Source of the DNA: Desulfocapsa sulfexigens DSM 10523
GTDB taxonomy: Bacteria; Desulfobacterota; Desulfobulbia; Desulfobulbales; Desulfocapsaceae
NCBI RefSeq assembly: GCF_000341395.1
Contig: NC_020304.1
Coordinates: 3,840,001 to 3,872,000 of the forward strand
Reading direction: 5' to 3'
Length of the DNA stretch: 32,000 nt
Shown here: positions 10,342 through 19,460 of the stretch, in pieces
Position numbering within the stretch: the stretch's first letter is position 1
Layout of the letters: the number at the start of each line of letters is the position of its first letter
Notes under the pieces: model-generated
Told to the model about the DNA's origin: nothing
What the model saw: only the letters and a program-made list of their open reading frames with translations
The model's database searches: none
Position numbers and translations under genes: made by a program

Positions 10342-11310
10342 TTAGTGAGCCCCTACATTGCAGGCCTTGTCAACAACAACGGAAGGCAATGAGATTCCGA
10401 GCCTCTCTGCAACAACCACATTCACAGCAATGGTCACTCCGGAGCAGATGGGTTTTTCGGTCAATAATTTTTTTTCGAGCCCCTCAACCACAAGAGCTGC
10501 AGCATATTCTCCCTGTAAAACAGGGTTGGCATCCAGACCGAGAAGAGCCCCGGCCTTAACAAAAGAGCCTGAAAAACCAAAGACAGGGACCTGCTGACGC
10601 AAAGAAGAAAGCAGCAGACTATTAACCGTTGCCCGATTATAAATTGCAGAATCTGCCATGGTCCAGATCATACCGGCATCACGGCTATACAACTCGGCAA
10701 TAGCATCTGCCATAGAGTCATATCTGTCCACATCCACAGCCTCAAGTGTCCAATTGGCTGGAAGATTAGTCTTCACCTCAACCAGAGTTGTCATACTTTT
10801 TATTGATGATGAACGATACAGCATGGCGATTGCCCCTAAATCAGGCATTGCTTTCTGAATAATGGCAAACTGCTCTTTCACGGGTTTTGTAACTGAAACA
10901 CCCGTTATATTTTTCCGACCATTTTCAAGACCAATATTTTCAGGATCGGCGACCATGCAGTATACAAGAAGTGCCGATTTAGGGAGGACATGAGAAAGAT
11001 AGGCCGCTGCCCGACTACCTACGGCCACCCACATTTTGGTTTTATGGGTGGTGGACACAAATTCTGGTGTCTGCCCGGAAAGAGTATCCGATAGAAACTC
11101 CCGGGTAGAGATATCTTTTTTTGCAAGAGAAGCTGTCAAAGCATCTGCTGCCTGTCGATATGGCTCCGCCTCGGAACTCAACACAACAAACACGGTATGG
11201 GAAGCCAGGGCATTACCTGCAGAAAACAGAAAAAAGAGACCGAGCAGAACAACTATCTTGCCCGCTCTGAGAATCCATTTTCCTTTTATGCTCCGTATGC
11301 CCATTTTCAT
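10342..11310 (-). CDS. Orphan ABC-type periplasmic binding protein (ABC_sub_bind / PF04392-like)
   Basis: Hydrophobic signal peptide (WILRAGKIVVLLGLFFLFSAGNALA) then VFVVLSSEAEPYRQAADAL..VAVGSRAA..VYCMVADPENIGL..VPVFGFSGSFVKAGALLGLD. No ABC ATPase or permease adjacent. Track ORF extends to a TTG at 11400; start at ATG 11310 or 11304 more likely. Confidence 0.8.
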   Translation of the reverse strand: MKMGIRSIKGKWILRAGKIVVLLGLFFLFSAGNALASHTVFVVLSSEAEPYRQAADALTASLAKKDISTREFLSDTLSGQTPEFVSTTHKTKMWVAVGSRAAAYLSHVLPKSALLVYCMVADPENIGLENGRKNITGVSVTKPVKEQFAIIQKAMPDLGAIAMLYRSSSIKSMTTLVEVKTNLPANWTLEAVDVDRYDSMADAIAELYSRDAGMIWTMADSAIYNRATVNSLLLSSLRQQVPVFGFSGSFVKAGALLGLDANPVLQGEYAAALVVEGLEKKLLTEKPICSGVTIAVNVVVAERLGISLPSVVVDKACNVGAH

Positions 11311-11411
11311 CGCAATTGATTGCACAATATCTTTTTTCTGTCCTGTCCAGGAACCGGTAAACACTTTATCTGTTGTATGGTGTCTCTCTATGAAAAACAA
11401 GAGCTTTTAGC

Positions 11412-13427
11412 TCAAAAAACAAACTGCAGACGACAGAAAAACATTCTGCCGGGAATGGGATGGCTGCTGGTTTGATCCAAACCGACAACTGGATCATATT
11501 CTTTTTTCAAAAGATCCATCACACCAAACATCAGTTCCCCTTTTTTTTCCATAAATCCTCTGGAAATTGTCAGGTCGAGATGATTCGAGGATTCAATTGA
11601 ATAATCTGAAACATCCTCATCCACAGGATCAGAATAGGCGTATTGCCCATTAAAGGTCCAATTTGAATCTATTTTCCAGCGCAGATTGATTCCAACTTTG
11701 TTTCTGGCGGGTAAAAACGAGCGAATGGATTGATGCCAAAATTCCGTCTCAAATTCATTGAAGGCGTACCAGATACTCCACTGCAGTGGCCCAGATTCAT
11801 AGTCAAGCTCGATTTCCACGCCGTAACCTTCCGCATCCCCTGTATTATCTACATACAGGTGATATGTTGGTAATCCTTGGGTATTCACACCATATTCGGC
11901 TCGACCACCAATAAGGTCTTTATACCACATATAGTACAGATCTGTTTTAAATTTAATAGTATCTTTAATATTCCAATGGTATCCGCCTTCAAGCGACCAG
12001 GCCTGCTCGGATTGCATGTCAGGATCTACCGAGAACTGAAAATCATAGTCCTCTTTTCGGGGATCATTATAAAAAATTGCATTGCGGATAAATCCCACCG
12101 GCTGCCTGTAAGATTTTGCGGCACTGATTCGTACAACATGATCCATTAATGAATCGATACCATATATGGAAGAAAGCCTCCCTGACCAGTCTGTCTCGCC
12201 TTCGGAGAAATAATCGCCACGTAACTGGGCTTCAAAAAAGAGCTGTTTTGAATATTGGTATCTGTCAGAGGCAAAAAGGCCAAACCAGCGCTCAGATACG
12301 TCCTCTTCAGCCAGGGTGAACACATTTGGCACCAGAGGGAGGGTTGAAATGTCGGTGTTTCTGAAATTTCCGCCAAAGGCGATAGAATGAGACGCCAGGC
12401 CTGTCATGTTTATCTGAGCTTCAAAATCATTTTCAAGCACCTGATATTCCGCCGCCCCGTAAGAAGGACGATCCATATCCTGATAACGCCCAGCCCAGCG
12501 AAAATATCCTTCCATGGTGGAGCTAAACACTTTTTCCGCCTTAAGATATCCGTTTGCAGTAATCAGCTCATTGGCGCCTGCATCCGATATACCAGCTGTC
12601 TCAAATGCTCCCTGATCAGTACCGGTCATACCTGCACCAAAGGTGATTTCCAGTTCCGATTCTGTTGTATAAATCAACTCACCCCTTGCAAGTGTACGGC
12701 GCTTAAAATCATCACCACCTTCATTCACACTCAAATCAAGCACATCTGAAGAAGAGTTCAAATCTTCATAGCCGGCAGATAACAGCCATTGCCATTTTCC
12801 TGAAACATCGGCATAACGTACCTGGGACGAACCGTCACCAAACTGACTCACAGTTGATGAAAGAAAGAGTCCGGGTACCGTCTCCGGATCTTTAGTGATA
12901 ATATTAATAACACCGGACAATGCATTCGCACCCCAGGCAGCACCACCTGAACCACGAACAATCTCTATCCTCTCAATATCTTCTACCATTATCGGAAGAG
13001 AACTGAATTCGGGGCCGCCAAATGCAGGGCTGTCAGCCGGCATGCCGTCAACAAGGGTCATCGTTCTGTCGGAAAACATTCCCTCTAATCCGTGAATACC
13101 GATTCCATAACGGTTTCTATCCATCCTGACAACATCAACCCCGGGAGCATATCGAAGTGTTTCCTCGATGGAGCTCTGACCGCCATAATGCAAATCATCA
13201 GCTGTAACCACACTTACTGGGACAGAAAGTAGATTCTCGGGTTGTTTTTGTCTGGAAGCAGAGACGACCAAAGTCATGTCCTGAAACAGCAGTAGTTCAT
13301 CGGCCTCACCAAAATCCTCAGAAATCCGGGCAAAGGATGGAGTAGCTGACAAAAGAAGATACAACGAGAAGACAGCAGCTGTACTTTTTCTTCGTTCTAA
13401 AGAAGAAACCGCCTTAAACATAACCAT
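11412..13427 (-). CDS. TonB-dependent outer-membrane receptor
   Basis: Signal peptide; TonB-box-like DMTLVVSASRQ; plug domain (VPVSVVTADDLHYGGQSSIEETLRYAPGVDVVR, IERIEIVRGSGGAAWGANALSGVINIITK); barrel-like C-terminus ending in F (CRLQFVF). GGAGG precedes ATG 13427; alternative ATG 13421. Confidence 0.92.
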   Translation of the reverse strand: MVMFKAVSSLERRKSTAAVFSLYLLLSATPSFARISEDFGEADELLLFQDMTLVVSASRQKQPENLLSVPVSVVTADDLHYGGQSSIEETLRYAPGVDVVRMDRNRYGIGIHGLEGMFSDRTMTLVDGMPADSPAFGGPEFSSLPIMVEDIERIEIVRGSGGAAWGANALSGVINIITKDPETVPGLFLSSTVSQFGDGSSQVRYADVSGKWQWLLSAGYEDLNSSSDVLDLSVNEGGDDFKRRTLARGELIYTTESELEITFGAGMTGTDQGAFETAGISDAGANELITANGYLKAEKVFSSTMEGYFRWAGRYQDMDRPSYGAAEYQVLENDFEAQINMTGLASHSIAFGGNFRNTDISTLPLVPNVFTLAEEDVSERWFGLFASDRYQYSKQLFFEAQLRGDYFSEGETDWSGRLSSIYGIDSLMDHVVRISAAKSYRQPVGFIRNAIFYNDPRKEDYDFQFSVDPDMQSEQAWSLEGGYHWNIKDTIKFKTDLYYMWYKDLIGGRAEYGVNTQGLPTYHLYVDNTGDAEGYGVEIELDYESGPLQWSIWYAFNEFETEFWHQSIRSFLPARNKVGINLRWKIDSNWTFNGQYAYSDPVDEDVSDYSIESSNHLDLTISRGFMEKKGELMFGVMDLLKKEYDPVVGLDQTSSHPIPGRMFFCRLQFVF

Positions 13428-13722
13428 AAAACCTCCACTCACAAACAGATAGCCCCTTTTTCATTAAAGGCTTGTCTTTAATTTTCTCAAATGAACATAC
13501 TCCCATATTTTTTTTTTTGAAAGTGGAATTTTAGCCTTTATGACGTAATCCTGATAACATAAGATACATTCTCATTGAGAAACGACTCTTAACACGACTA
13601 TTCTTTTTGTTCATCAATACCGCCAACAGACTGAAACTGCCTGACCAACGAAAGCCCCTGCCCACAACACAAAAAGACGCCACCATGATCGTTTCAATTC
13701 CTCGGTCAATTATCCCTTTATC

Positions 13723-13751
13723 TTGACTCTTAACGTTTGCCTCGTTAAAGT
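13723..13751 (+). promoter_or_regulatory. Candidate sigma-70-type promoter for the DUF493/BMP-importer block
   Basis: TTGACT (13723-13728), 17-nt spacer, TAAAGT (13746-13751), about 60 nt upstream of the first ORF start. Confidence 0.4.
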
Positions 13752-13812
13752 TCCTCAGATAAATTCAGATAGCCTCAAGGAGCCGTTCATAAAAAAAAAC
13801 CAAAACAATTCA

Positions 13813-14097
13813 ATGAATATCGATCCATTCCCCAAGCCATTCTCCTGTAAAGAAAAACCAAGTATTCAATACCCCTGTTCCTGGACGTACAAGGTAATCG
13901 GCCTCAATGAGAATGCACTTAGACAGGCAATTAAAACCGTAACAGGAGACAGGAATCTGTTAATCACCCGCTCCCATACAAGTTCGGGAGGAAAATATTG
14001 CAGCCTCAATGTTGAACTGGTGGTTGAGGATGACGAAACCCGACTCAAATTTTATCAACACCTGAAAAACCATGCAGCTGTTAAAGTTGTTATGTAA
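13813..14097 (+). CDS. DUF493 / YbeD-like small protein
   Basis: CSWTYKVIGLNENALRQAIKTV..HTSSGGKYCSLNVELVVEDDETRLKFYQHLKNHAAVKVVM matches the DUF493 pattern. ATG 13813 preferred over the TTG start in the track. Confidence 0.75.
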   Translation: MNIDPFPKPFSCKEKPSIQYPCSWTYKVIGLNENALRQAIKTVTGDRNLLITRSHTSSGGKYCSLNVELVVEDDETRLKFYQHLKNHAAVKVVM

Positions 14098-14105
14098 GAG
14101 ATCTC

Positions 14106-14618
14106 ATGGACAAAGATACCAGCAGTAAAAACTCCCGCCTTATTCCTATCCTCCGCGAAGGAGTTGCAGTGATTCAGATGATTTTTTTCAAGGAAATAAA
14201 GTCTGTTGTCTTACGAAAGCACCCTGATCTGGACAGTTCAGCACAAAACATGTTCGCCGGTGCCATTACCAATGAAATATTCGGAACGCACAACACCGAG
14301 GAGAAATTCCAGCTGTTCCGGAACAGCCATCAAGGGCTCATTGAGCAGGAACTGATGAGCCTGAACAGCGAACTGCCACATATGACGGCCCCACTCTCCG
14401 ACGCTTTGCGTATTCAAACGCTTTGCGACAATCAGGAAGGAATTGACTCGGCCCATGTTCTGCAACAGGCAAACAGCATTGGAATGTTAGTGGCAGATCG
14501 TGAGATTCCTTTACCATCTTCATTTATGGAGACAGTACGAACACTTGGCGCAACGCACAACCTTATTATTCCTCCCGTTGAAATTGACACGACGGAGGAA
14601 CACAATTTACTGCAATAA
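14106..14618 (+). CDS. Hypothetical protein (170 aa)
   Basis: Intact ORF beginning 8 nt after the DUF493 stop and ending about 30 nt before the BMP gene; same strand. Confidence 0.65.
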   Translation: MDKDTSSKNSRLIPILREGVAVIQMIFFKEIKSVVLRKHPDLDSSAQNMFAGAITNEIFGTHNTEEKFQLFRNSHQGLIEQELMSLNSELPHMTAPLSDALRIQTLCDNQEGIDSAHVLQQANSIGMLVADREIPLPSSFMETVRTLGATHNLIIPPVEIDTTEEHNLLQ

Positions 14619-14649
14619 TTTTTTCATCCAGCATCCCAAGGAGAGTACA

Positions 14650-15831
14650 ATGAGAAAAACAGTAACCAGCATGGCCTTGGCCCTTATCATGTCCCTGCTA
14701 TTTCTGTTCAGCCCGCAGCAGGGTACTGCATCCGATGAATTTATTTTTGGCCTGCTCATGGTTGGACCTTCTAATGACCACGGCTGGAGCCAGGCCCATT
14801 TTGAAGCTGGAAAAGAAATTGAAAAACACATTCCCGGAAGCAGAATGATTTATATCGACAAAGTAAATCCCGCTGACCGTCCAGGTGTCACGGTACCATT
14901 TCTGGTTGATGATCTTGTTTCCAAGGGAGCGCGACTGATTATTGGAAACTCCGACGACATGACCGATGGTATTCGTGAAGCGGCCATGCTCCACCCCGAT
15001 GTCAAATTTATTCATATTTCAGGTGATGATGCCCTCAACCCCAAATCTCCCGAAAATCTTTCCAACCTTATGGGGAAAATGGAATATGGACAGATGATTG
15101 CAGGATTTGCCGCAGCAATGACTACCACAACAGGAAAGATCGGTTACCTCGGGCCTCTGATCAACGATGAAACCAAACGCCTCGCCGCTGCCTGTTTTCT
15201 CGGTGCACGGTATGCCTGGACCAGTGTTCTGAAAAAAGATCCCGCTGACCTGAGTTTTAAAGTCTCCTGGATAGGTTTCTGGTTTAACATTCCAGGAGTT
15301 ACCTCCGACCCAACCCAGGTTGCGAAAAACTTTTTTGACTCCGGAGCCGATGTTGTCATTTCCGGAATTGACACAACAGAAGCACTGATTGTGGCCGACC
15401 AGAAGAAAAAGGAAGGCGCGGCGGTAGCTGCTATTCCCTACGACTTTCAGGGGAGCTGTAACGCCGCGCCCAATGCCTGTCTCGGTGTCCCTTATTTTAA
15501 CTGGGTTCCCGGCTATACTCACTTTATCAGCAAAGCAATCGCTGATAGCTGGAAAAAAGAGTGGCTCTGGCTTGGCCCTGAATGGACGGACATGAACAAC
15601 AGCATGACCTCTTCCATCGGTTTTCAAATAGGCAAAGCCCTTTCAGGTGAAATACAGGCACAACTTGCCACCTTTGTAAAAGGACTTGGAGATGGATCCA
15701 TATCTCTTTTTAGCGGCCCCCTTAATTTTCAGGACAAATCTGTCTTCTTGAAAAAAGGTGAAATCGCAACTGACATGCAAATCTGGAACCTCCCTCAACT
15801 CCTTGAAGGGATGGAAGGCGCGTCTCAATAA
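14650..15831 (+). CDS. BMP-family ABC transporter substrate-binding protein (nucleoside/purine-type)
   Basis: Signal peptide (MRKTVTSMALALIMSLLFLFSPQQGTAS); GLLMVGPSNDHGWSQAHFEAG, IIGNSDDMTDGIREAAMLHPDVKFIHISG. ATG 14650 preceded by aggagagta; track start at 14500 is upstream of the real start. Confidence 0.88.
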   Translation: MRKTVTSMALALIMSLLFLFSPQQGTASDEFIFGLLMVGPSNDHGWSQAHFEAGKEIEKHIPGSRMIYIDKVNPADRPGVTVPFLVDDLVSKGARLIIGNSDDMTDGIREAAMLHPDVKFIHISGDDALNPKSPENLSNLMGKMEYGQMIAGFAAAMTTTTGKIGYLGPLINDETKRLAAACFLGARYAWTSVLKKDPADLSFKVSWIGFWFNIPGVTSDPTQVAKNFFDSGADVVISGIDTTEALIVADQKKKEGAAVAAIPYDFQGSCNAAPNACLGVPYFNWVPGYTHFISKAIADSWKKEWLWLGPEWTDMNNSMTSSIGFQIGKALSGEIQAQLATFVKGLGDGSISLFSGPLNFQDKSVFLKKGEIATDMQIWNLPQLLEGMEGASQ

Positions 15832-15965
15832 CCCCAAAACCAACCAGAAAATATCACACAGGGAATCTTGAACCGCTGAAGCCATGACACTTCACAATTC
15901 AACATTCCCTGTCGTGTGCTTCCCCCACAAATATCCCCTGTGCTCCTATACAGCTATCCCCTCCC

Positions 15966-17432
15966 ATGGATGTAGAATTCCAACATATCTCCAAGCATTT
16001 TGGATCAGTCAGTGCCTTAACAGACGTAAGCCTTACTGCGCATTCCGGAACCATCCATGGAATAATTGGTGAGAACGGTGCCGGTAAATCGACACTGATG
16101 AAAATCCTCACCGGCTACCAGTCAAAATCGAGCGGGACAATTCTTATTGGCGGCCAGGATGTAAAGCTTGACAATCCGAGGCAAGCAGCACGATTAGGTA
16201 TTGGTATGCTCTATCAGGAACCGATGGATTTCCCACCTCTCAGCGTCCTTGAAAATTTCAGTCTTGGCACTCCAGAAAGAAAAGATCAGAAATTGCGTTT
16301 AGCCCTGCTAAGCCTTGCCACTCGTTTCGGCTTCCACCTTGACCCTGACCGCTGTGTCGGACGTTTAACCGTGGGAGAAAGACAACAGATTGAGTTGCTG
16401 CGCCTTATCCACTGTAAAACACGTATCTTGATTCTTGATGAACCAACCACAGGCATTTCGCCTGCCCAGAAAGAGGTTCTCTTTCCCGCCCTCAAGCGAC
16501 TAGCTGCAGACGGCATGACTATCCTGCTCGTTTCTCACAAACTTGAAGAAGTGGCAAGCCTCTGCGATGAGTTGACAGTGCTTCGTCATGGACGAACAAC
16601 TCATCACAGTGCTGCGCCCTTTTACCTCCCGGAACTTCTCACCGCCATGTTCGGAGCTATCCCTGAACAGACAGACAAGATACCCAAAAGAAGTACAGGA
16701 GAACCGATACTGGTCCTGGAAGATGTGGAAGCAGCTGGAGAACGCCTGGGACTGCAGCAGTGTAACACCATCGTAACAGAGGGTGAAGTTATTGGCCTTG
16801 CAGGACTTGACGGTGCGGGTCAATCCACATTTTTGCGTCTCGCTGCGGGGCTGACGACACCCATTGAGGGAACAGTAAAACTCTTTGGAGAAAACCTCCC
16901 CCGCACTATTAATGCCAGCCTGCAGGCCCAAAGACTGAAGACCTCTTTCATTCCTGCCGATCGTCTTGAAGAAGCACTCTTTGCAGAAATATCCATAAGT
17001 GATCATTTCAGTCTGCGAAGAAGTGGCAATACATTCTGGCACTCCACAAAAACCAGCAGAAGACTGACCCAGGAGGCCATCGCCCAATTTTCCATAAAGG
17101 GACAGGCAGAGGATGCAGCAGGAGACCTTTCCGGAGGTAACCAGCAACGTCTCCTCCTGGCCCTGCTCGACCCACAGTCACGCCTGTTACTTCTGGAAAA
17201 CCCGACCAGAGGGCTCGACATCCGTTCGGGACAATGGGTATGGAACTATCTGCGCAGTGAACTGAGCCCTGAAACAACTATCATTTTTTCATCTCCTGAG
17301 CTGGACGAAATTCTCTATTACAGTGATCGTATTCTTGTTTTTCATGATGGTGATATTGTGCTGGACAGCGCTATCCTTAACACCAGTCACGATGTTATTG
17401 CTGCAGCTATGATGGGAATGCAGGAACAATGA
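15966..17432 (+). CDS. ABC transporter ATP-binding protein, duplicated NBD (BMP/sugar-import class)
   Basis: First NBD Walker A GENGAGKST, signature LTVGERQQIELLR, Walker B ILILDEPT; second NBD degenerate Walker A GLDGAGQST, LSGGNQQRLLLALL, typical of RbsA/YufO-like proteins. Confidence 0.93.
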   Translation: MDVEFQHISKHFGSVSALTDVSLTAHSGTIHGIIGENGAGKSTLMKILTGYQSKSSGTILIGGQDVKLDNPRQAARLGIGMLYQEPMDFPPLSVLENFSLGTPERKDQKLRLALLSLATRFGFHLDPDRCVGRLTVGERQQIELLRLIHCKTRILILDEPTTGISPAQKEVLFPALKRLAADGMTILLVSHKLEEVASLCDELTVLRHGRTTHHSAAPFYLPELLTAMFGAIPEQTDKIPKRSTGEPILVLEDVEAAGERLGLQQCNTIVTEGEVIGLAGLDGAGQSTFLRLAAGLTTPIEGTVKLFGENLPRTINASLQAQRLKTSFIPADRLEEALFAEISISDHFSLRRSGNTFWHSTKTSRRLTQEAIAQFSIKGQAEDAAGDLSGGNQQRLLLALLDPQSRLLLLENPTRGLDIRSGQWVWNYLRSELSPETTIIFSSPELDEILYYSDRILVFHDGDIVLDSAILNTSHDVIAAAMMGMQEQ

Positions 17433-18472
17433 AAAACTTAAGTGGGGCAAAGCTCACAGAACGTGCCGCTTTCGATATACTCCTTGGGAGCATCCTCGTC
17501 TTAGGGTTCACGGCACTCATACTCTTCATCACTGGAGCTCCCGTCCTTGCGGCCTTTCAAAATATCTGGCTGGGTGCCTTTGCCTCCACCACCAAAATGA
17601 GTCAGGTGCTCTCTGTCTGGATCCCTCTGATTCTTTGTGCATGCGGACTCCTCTACACCTTTAAAGTCAATCTCTGGAACATCGGTATTGAGGGGCAGAT
17701 CATAATGGGTGCAATATTCGCCATGGCTGCTCTGCGGGTTCCTGGCATCGAAAGCCCGCTCCTTCGTCTCTTTCTGGCATTCCTCACATCTTTGCTTGGT
17801 GGTGGAATATGGGGGCTTCTGGCAGGACTGCTAAAAACCCGGGGTGGGGTTCATGAGATATTTGGCGGCCTTGGACTCAACTTTGTCGCCCAGGGATTTG
17901 TTCTCTGGCTTATTTTTGGTCCCTGGAAACGACCAGGGATAGCTTCGATGAGCGGCACAGAGCTTCTTGGCCGGGAACTCTGGCTCTCGACGCCTCCCGG
18001 CTGGCGGATGGCTACTGCTGGTTTGATCATTGCCATTTCAGTCATCATTATCACCTGGCTACTCCTTGAAAAAAGTCACCTTGGCCTGAATCTCAGGGCA
18101 GTCGGACAAAACCCAAGAGCAGCCCTCCTTTACAGGATTTCACCCGAAAACTACTACCTCCAGTCAATCAGTATCGCAGGAGCCTGTGCCGGACTTGCCG
18201 GATTTCTTCAGGTGACCGCTGTTTATCATCGTCTTATTCCCTCAATTTCAAGTGGGTATGGCTATCTTGCCCTTTTAGTCGTACTGCTTGCTGGATACAG
18301 AATCATGCTCCTTCCGTTTCTTGCTCTCTTTTTTGCAAGCCTCAATGTCGGAGCGGTTCAGCTGCCCATTGTCCTCCAACTTGACTCCTCCCTGTCCGGA
18401 GTGATTCAAGGCTGCTGCGTACTCTGCGCCCTGTTCATTCTAGGTATCAGACAGAGAAGGAGGCAGTCATGA
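17429..18472 (+). CDS. ABC transporter permease (BMP importer, YufP-like)
   Basis: Multiple hydrophobic helices, WNIGIEGQIIMGA, GLNLRAVGQNPRAA; 4-nt overlap (ATGA) with the ATPase gene. Confidence 0.9.
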   Translation: MKNLSGAKLTERAAFDILLGSILVLGFTALILFITGAPVLAAFQNIWLGAFASTTKMSQVLSVWIPLILCACGLLYTFKVNLWNIGIEGQIIMGAIFAMAALRVPGIESPLLRLFLAFLTSLLGGGIWGLLAGLLKTRGGVHEIFGGLGLNFVAQGFVLWLIFGPWKRPGIASMSGTELLGRELWLSTPPGWRMATAGLIIAISVIIITWLLLEKSHLGLNLRAVGQNPRAALLYRISPENYYLQSISIAGACAGLAGFLQVTAVYHRLIPSISSGYGYLALLVVLLAGYRIMLLPFLALFFASLNVGAVQLPIVLQLDSSLSGVIQGCCVLCALFILGIRQRRRQS

Positions 18473-19452
18473 TTGGTGATCTTTCCATCCCCGTGCTTAT
18501 TGCATCGGTACTGACGGCCAGTGCCCCTCTTATCATAATTGCACTGGGAGAAACGCTCACCGAAAAAAGCGGTGTTATCAATCTGTCCCTTGATGGCGTG
18601 GTACTGTTTTCTGCAATGGCCGCCTTTGTGATCGCCCGGCAAACAGACTCGCTGCTTCTTGGTTTTCTGGCAGGTGGTTGTGCGGGTATGTTCACCGGAT
18701 TAATTGTTGGCTACTTCAGCATCTATCTCCATCTTACACAGGTGGCAGTGGGCTTTGCCCTGTCACTGCTCTGTCGGGATCTTGCATACTTCCTCGGCAA
18801 TCCGTACAGCAGAGTTCAGGGACCGACACTCCTTGCGACAAAACTCCCGTTCTACGATTCGCTCCCCAACTCCCTGCAAGTCGTCCTGACCCAGCCGCCG
18901 ACGGTCTGGATTGCCCTGCTGCTTATTTTTCTATTCTATTGTTTCTTCAGCTTCAGCAAAGCCGGACTCTCCTTACGCTCTGTTGGAGAAAATCCGGCAG
19001 CATCTTTTGCCCGCGGACTCAACCCTGGAAGGATTCAGATGACAGCGGTTCTGGCGGGAGCTTTTCTCGTGGGTTTAGGCGGAGCTGCCTATTCACTTTC
19101 ATTAAAACCTGGATGGGGACGCCCCCAAGGAGCTGAAGGAATTGGATGGATTGCCCTTGCGCTGGTTATTTTCGGTGGCTGGCATCCAATACGCGTGGCT
19201 CTTGGTGCCATGCTGTTTGCCTTTCTTCAGGTAAGTGGTATTGGCCTCCAGAATCTTTTCCCCGGGGTTCCAGCACAGGTTTTTCAAACCGCGCCATTTC
19301 CACTCATGATTTTCACCCTCGTCCTTATGCATTTTTCAACCGGAAACACGCGAAAACAGGATTATTCTGAAAACAAAACCCAGGGATTTGCAGGTAAACT
19401 CTTTCTGTCTCGTGCCCCAAAGGCCTTGGGAAAAAATTACAAACAGGAATAA
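18469..19452 (+). CDS. ABC transporter permease (BMP importer, YufQ-like)
   Basis: Multiple hydrophobic helices, EKSGVINLSLDGVVLFSA, GLSLRSVGENPAASFARGLN; 4-nt overlap with preceding permease gene. Confidence 0.9.
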   Translation: MIGDLSIPVLIASVLTASAPLIIIALGETLTEKSGVINLSLDGVVLFSAMAAFVIARQTDSLLLGFLAGGCAGMFTGLIVGYFSIYLHLTQVAVGFALSLLCRDLAYFLGNPYSRVQGPTLLATKLPFYDSLPNSLQVVLTQPPTVWIALLLIFLFYCFFSFSKAGLSLRSVGENPAASFARGLNPGRIQMTAVLAGAFLVGLGGAAYSLSLKPGWGRPQGAEGIGWIALALVIFGGWHPIRVALGAMLFAFLQVSGIGLQNLFPGVPAQVFQTAPFPLMIFTLVLMHFSTGNTRKQDYSENKTQGFAGKLFLSRAPKALGKNYKQE

Positions 19453-19460
19453 ATATTCTA

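Noticed and set aside
13428-13812. Possible riboswitch (cobalamin for the TonB receptor, or purine for the importer) in the long divergent intergenic region
   Set aside because: No B12-box-like or purine-riboswitch core could be found by eye on either strand; a covariance-model search would be required to be sure.
15019-15627. 202-aa minus-strand ORF
   Set aside because: Lies fully antisense to the BMP substrate-binding gene, which has strong family motifs; the shadow translation shows no recognisable domain.
16500-17147. 215-aa minus-strand ORF
   Set aside because: Antisense to the clearly supported ABC ATPase gene; no domain motifs.
16911-17232. Apparent defect in the second nucleotide-binding domain of the ABC ATPase (and Walker A GLDGAGQST)
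   Set aside because: A degenerate second NBD is normal for RbsA/YufO-class duplicated ATPases, so this is not evidence of a pseudogene or novelty.
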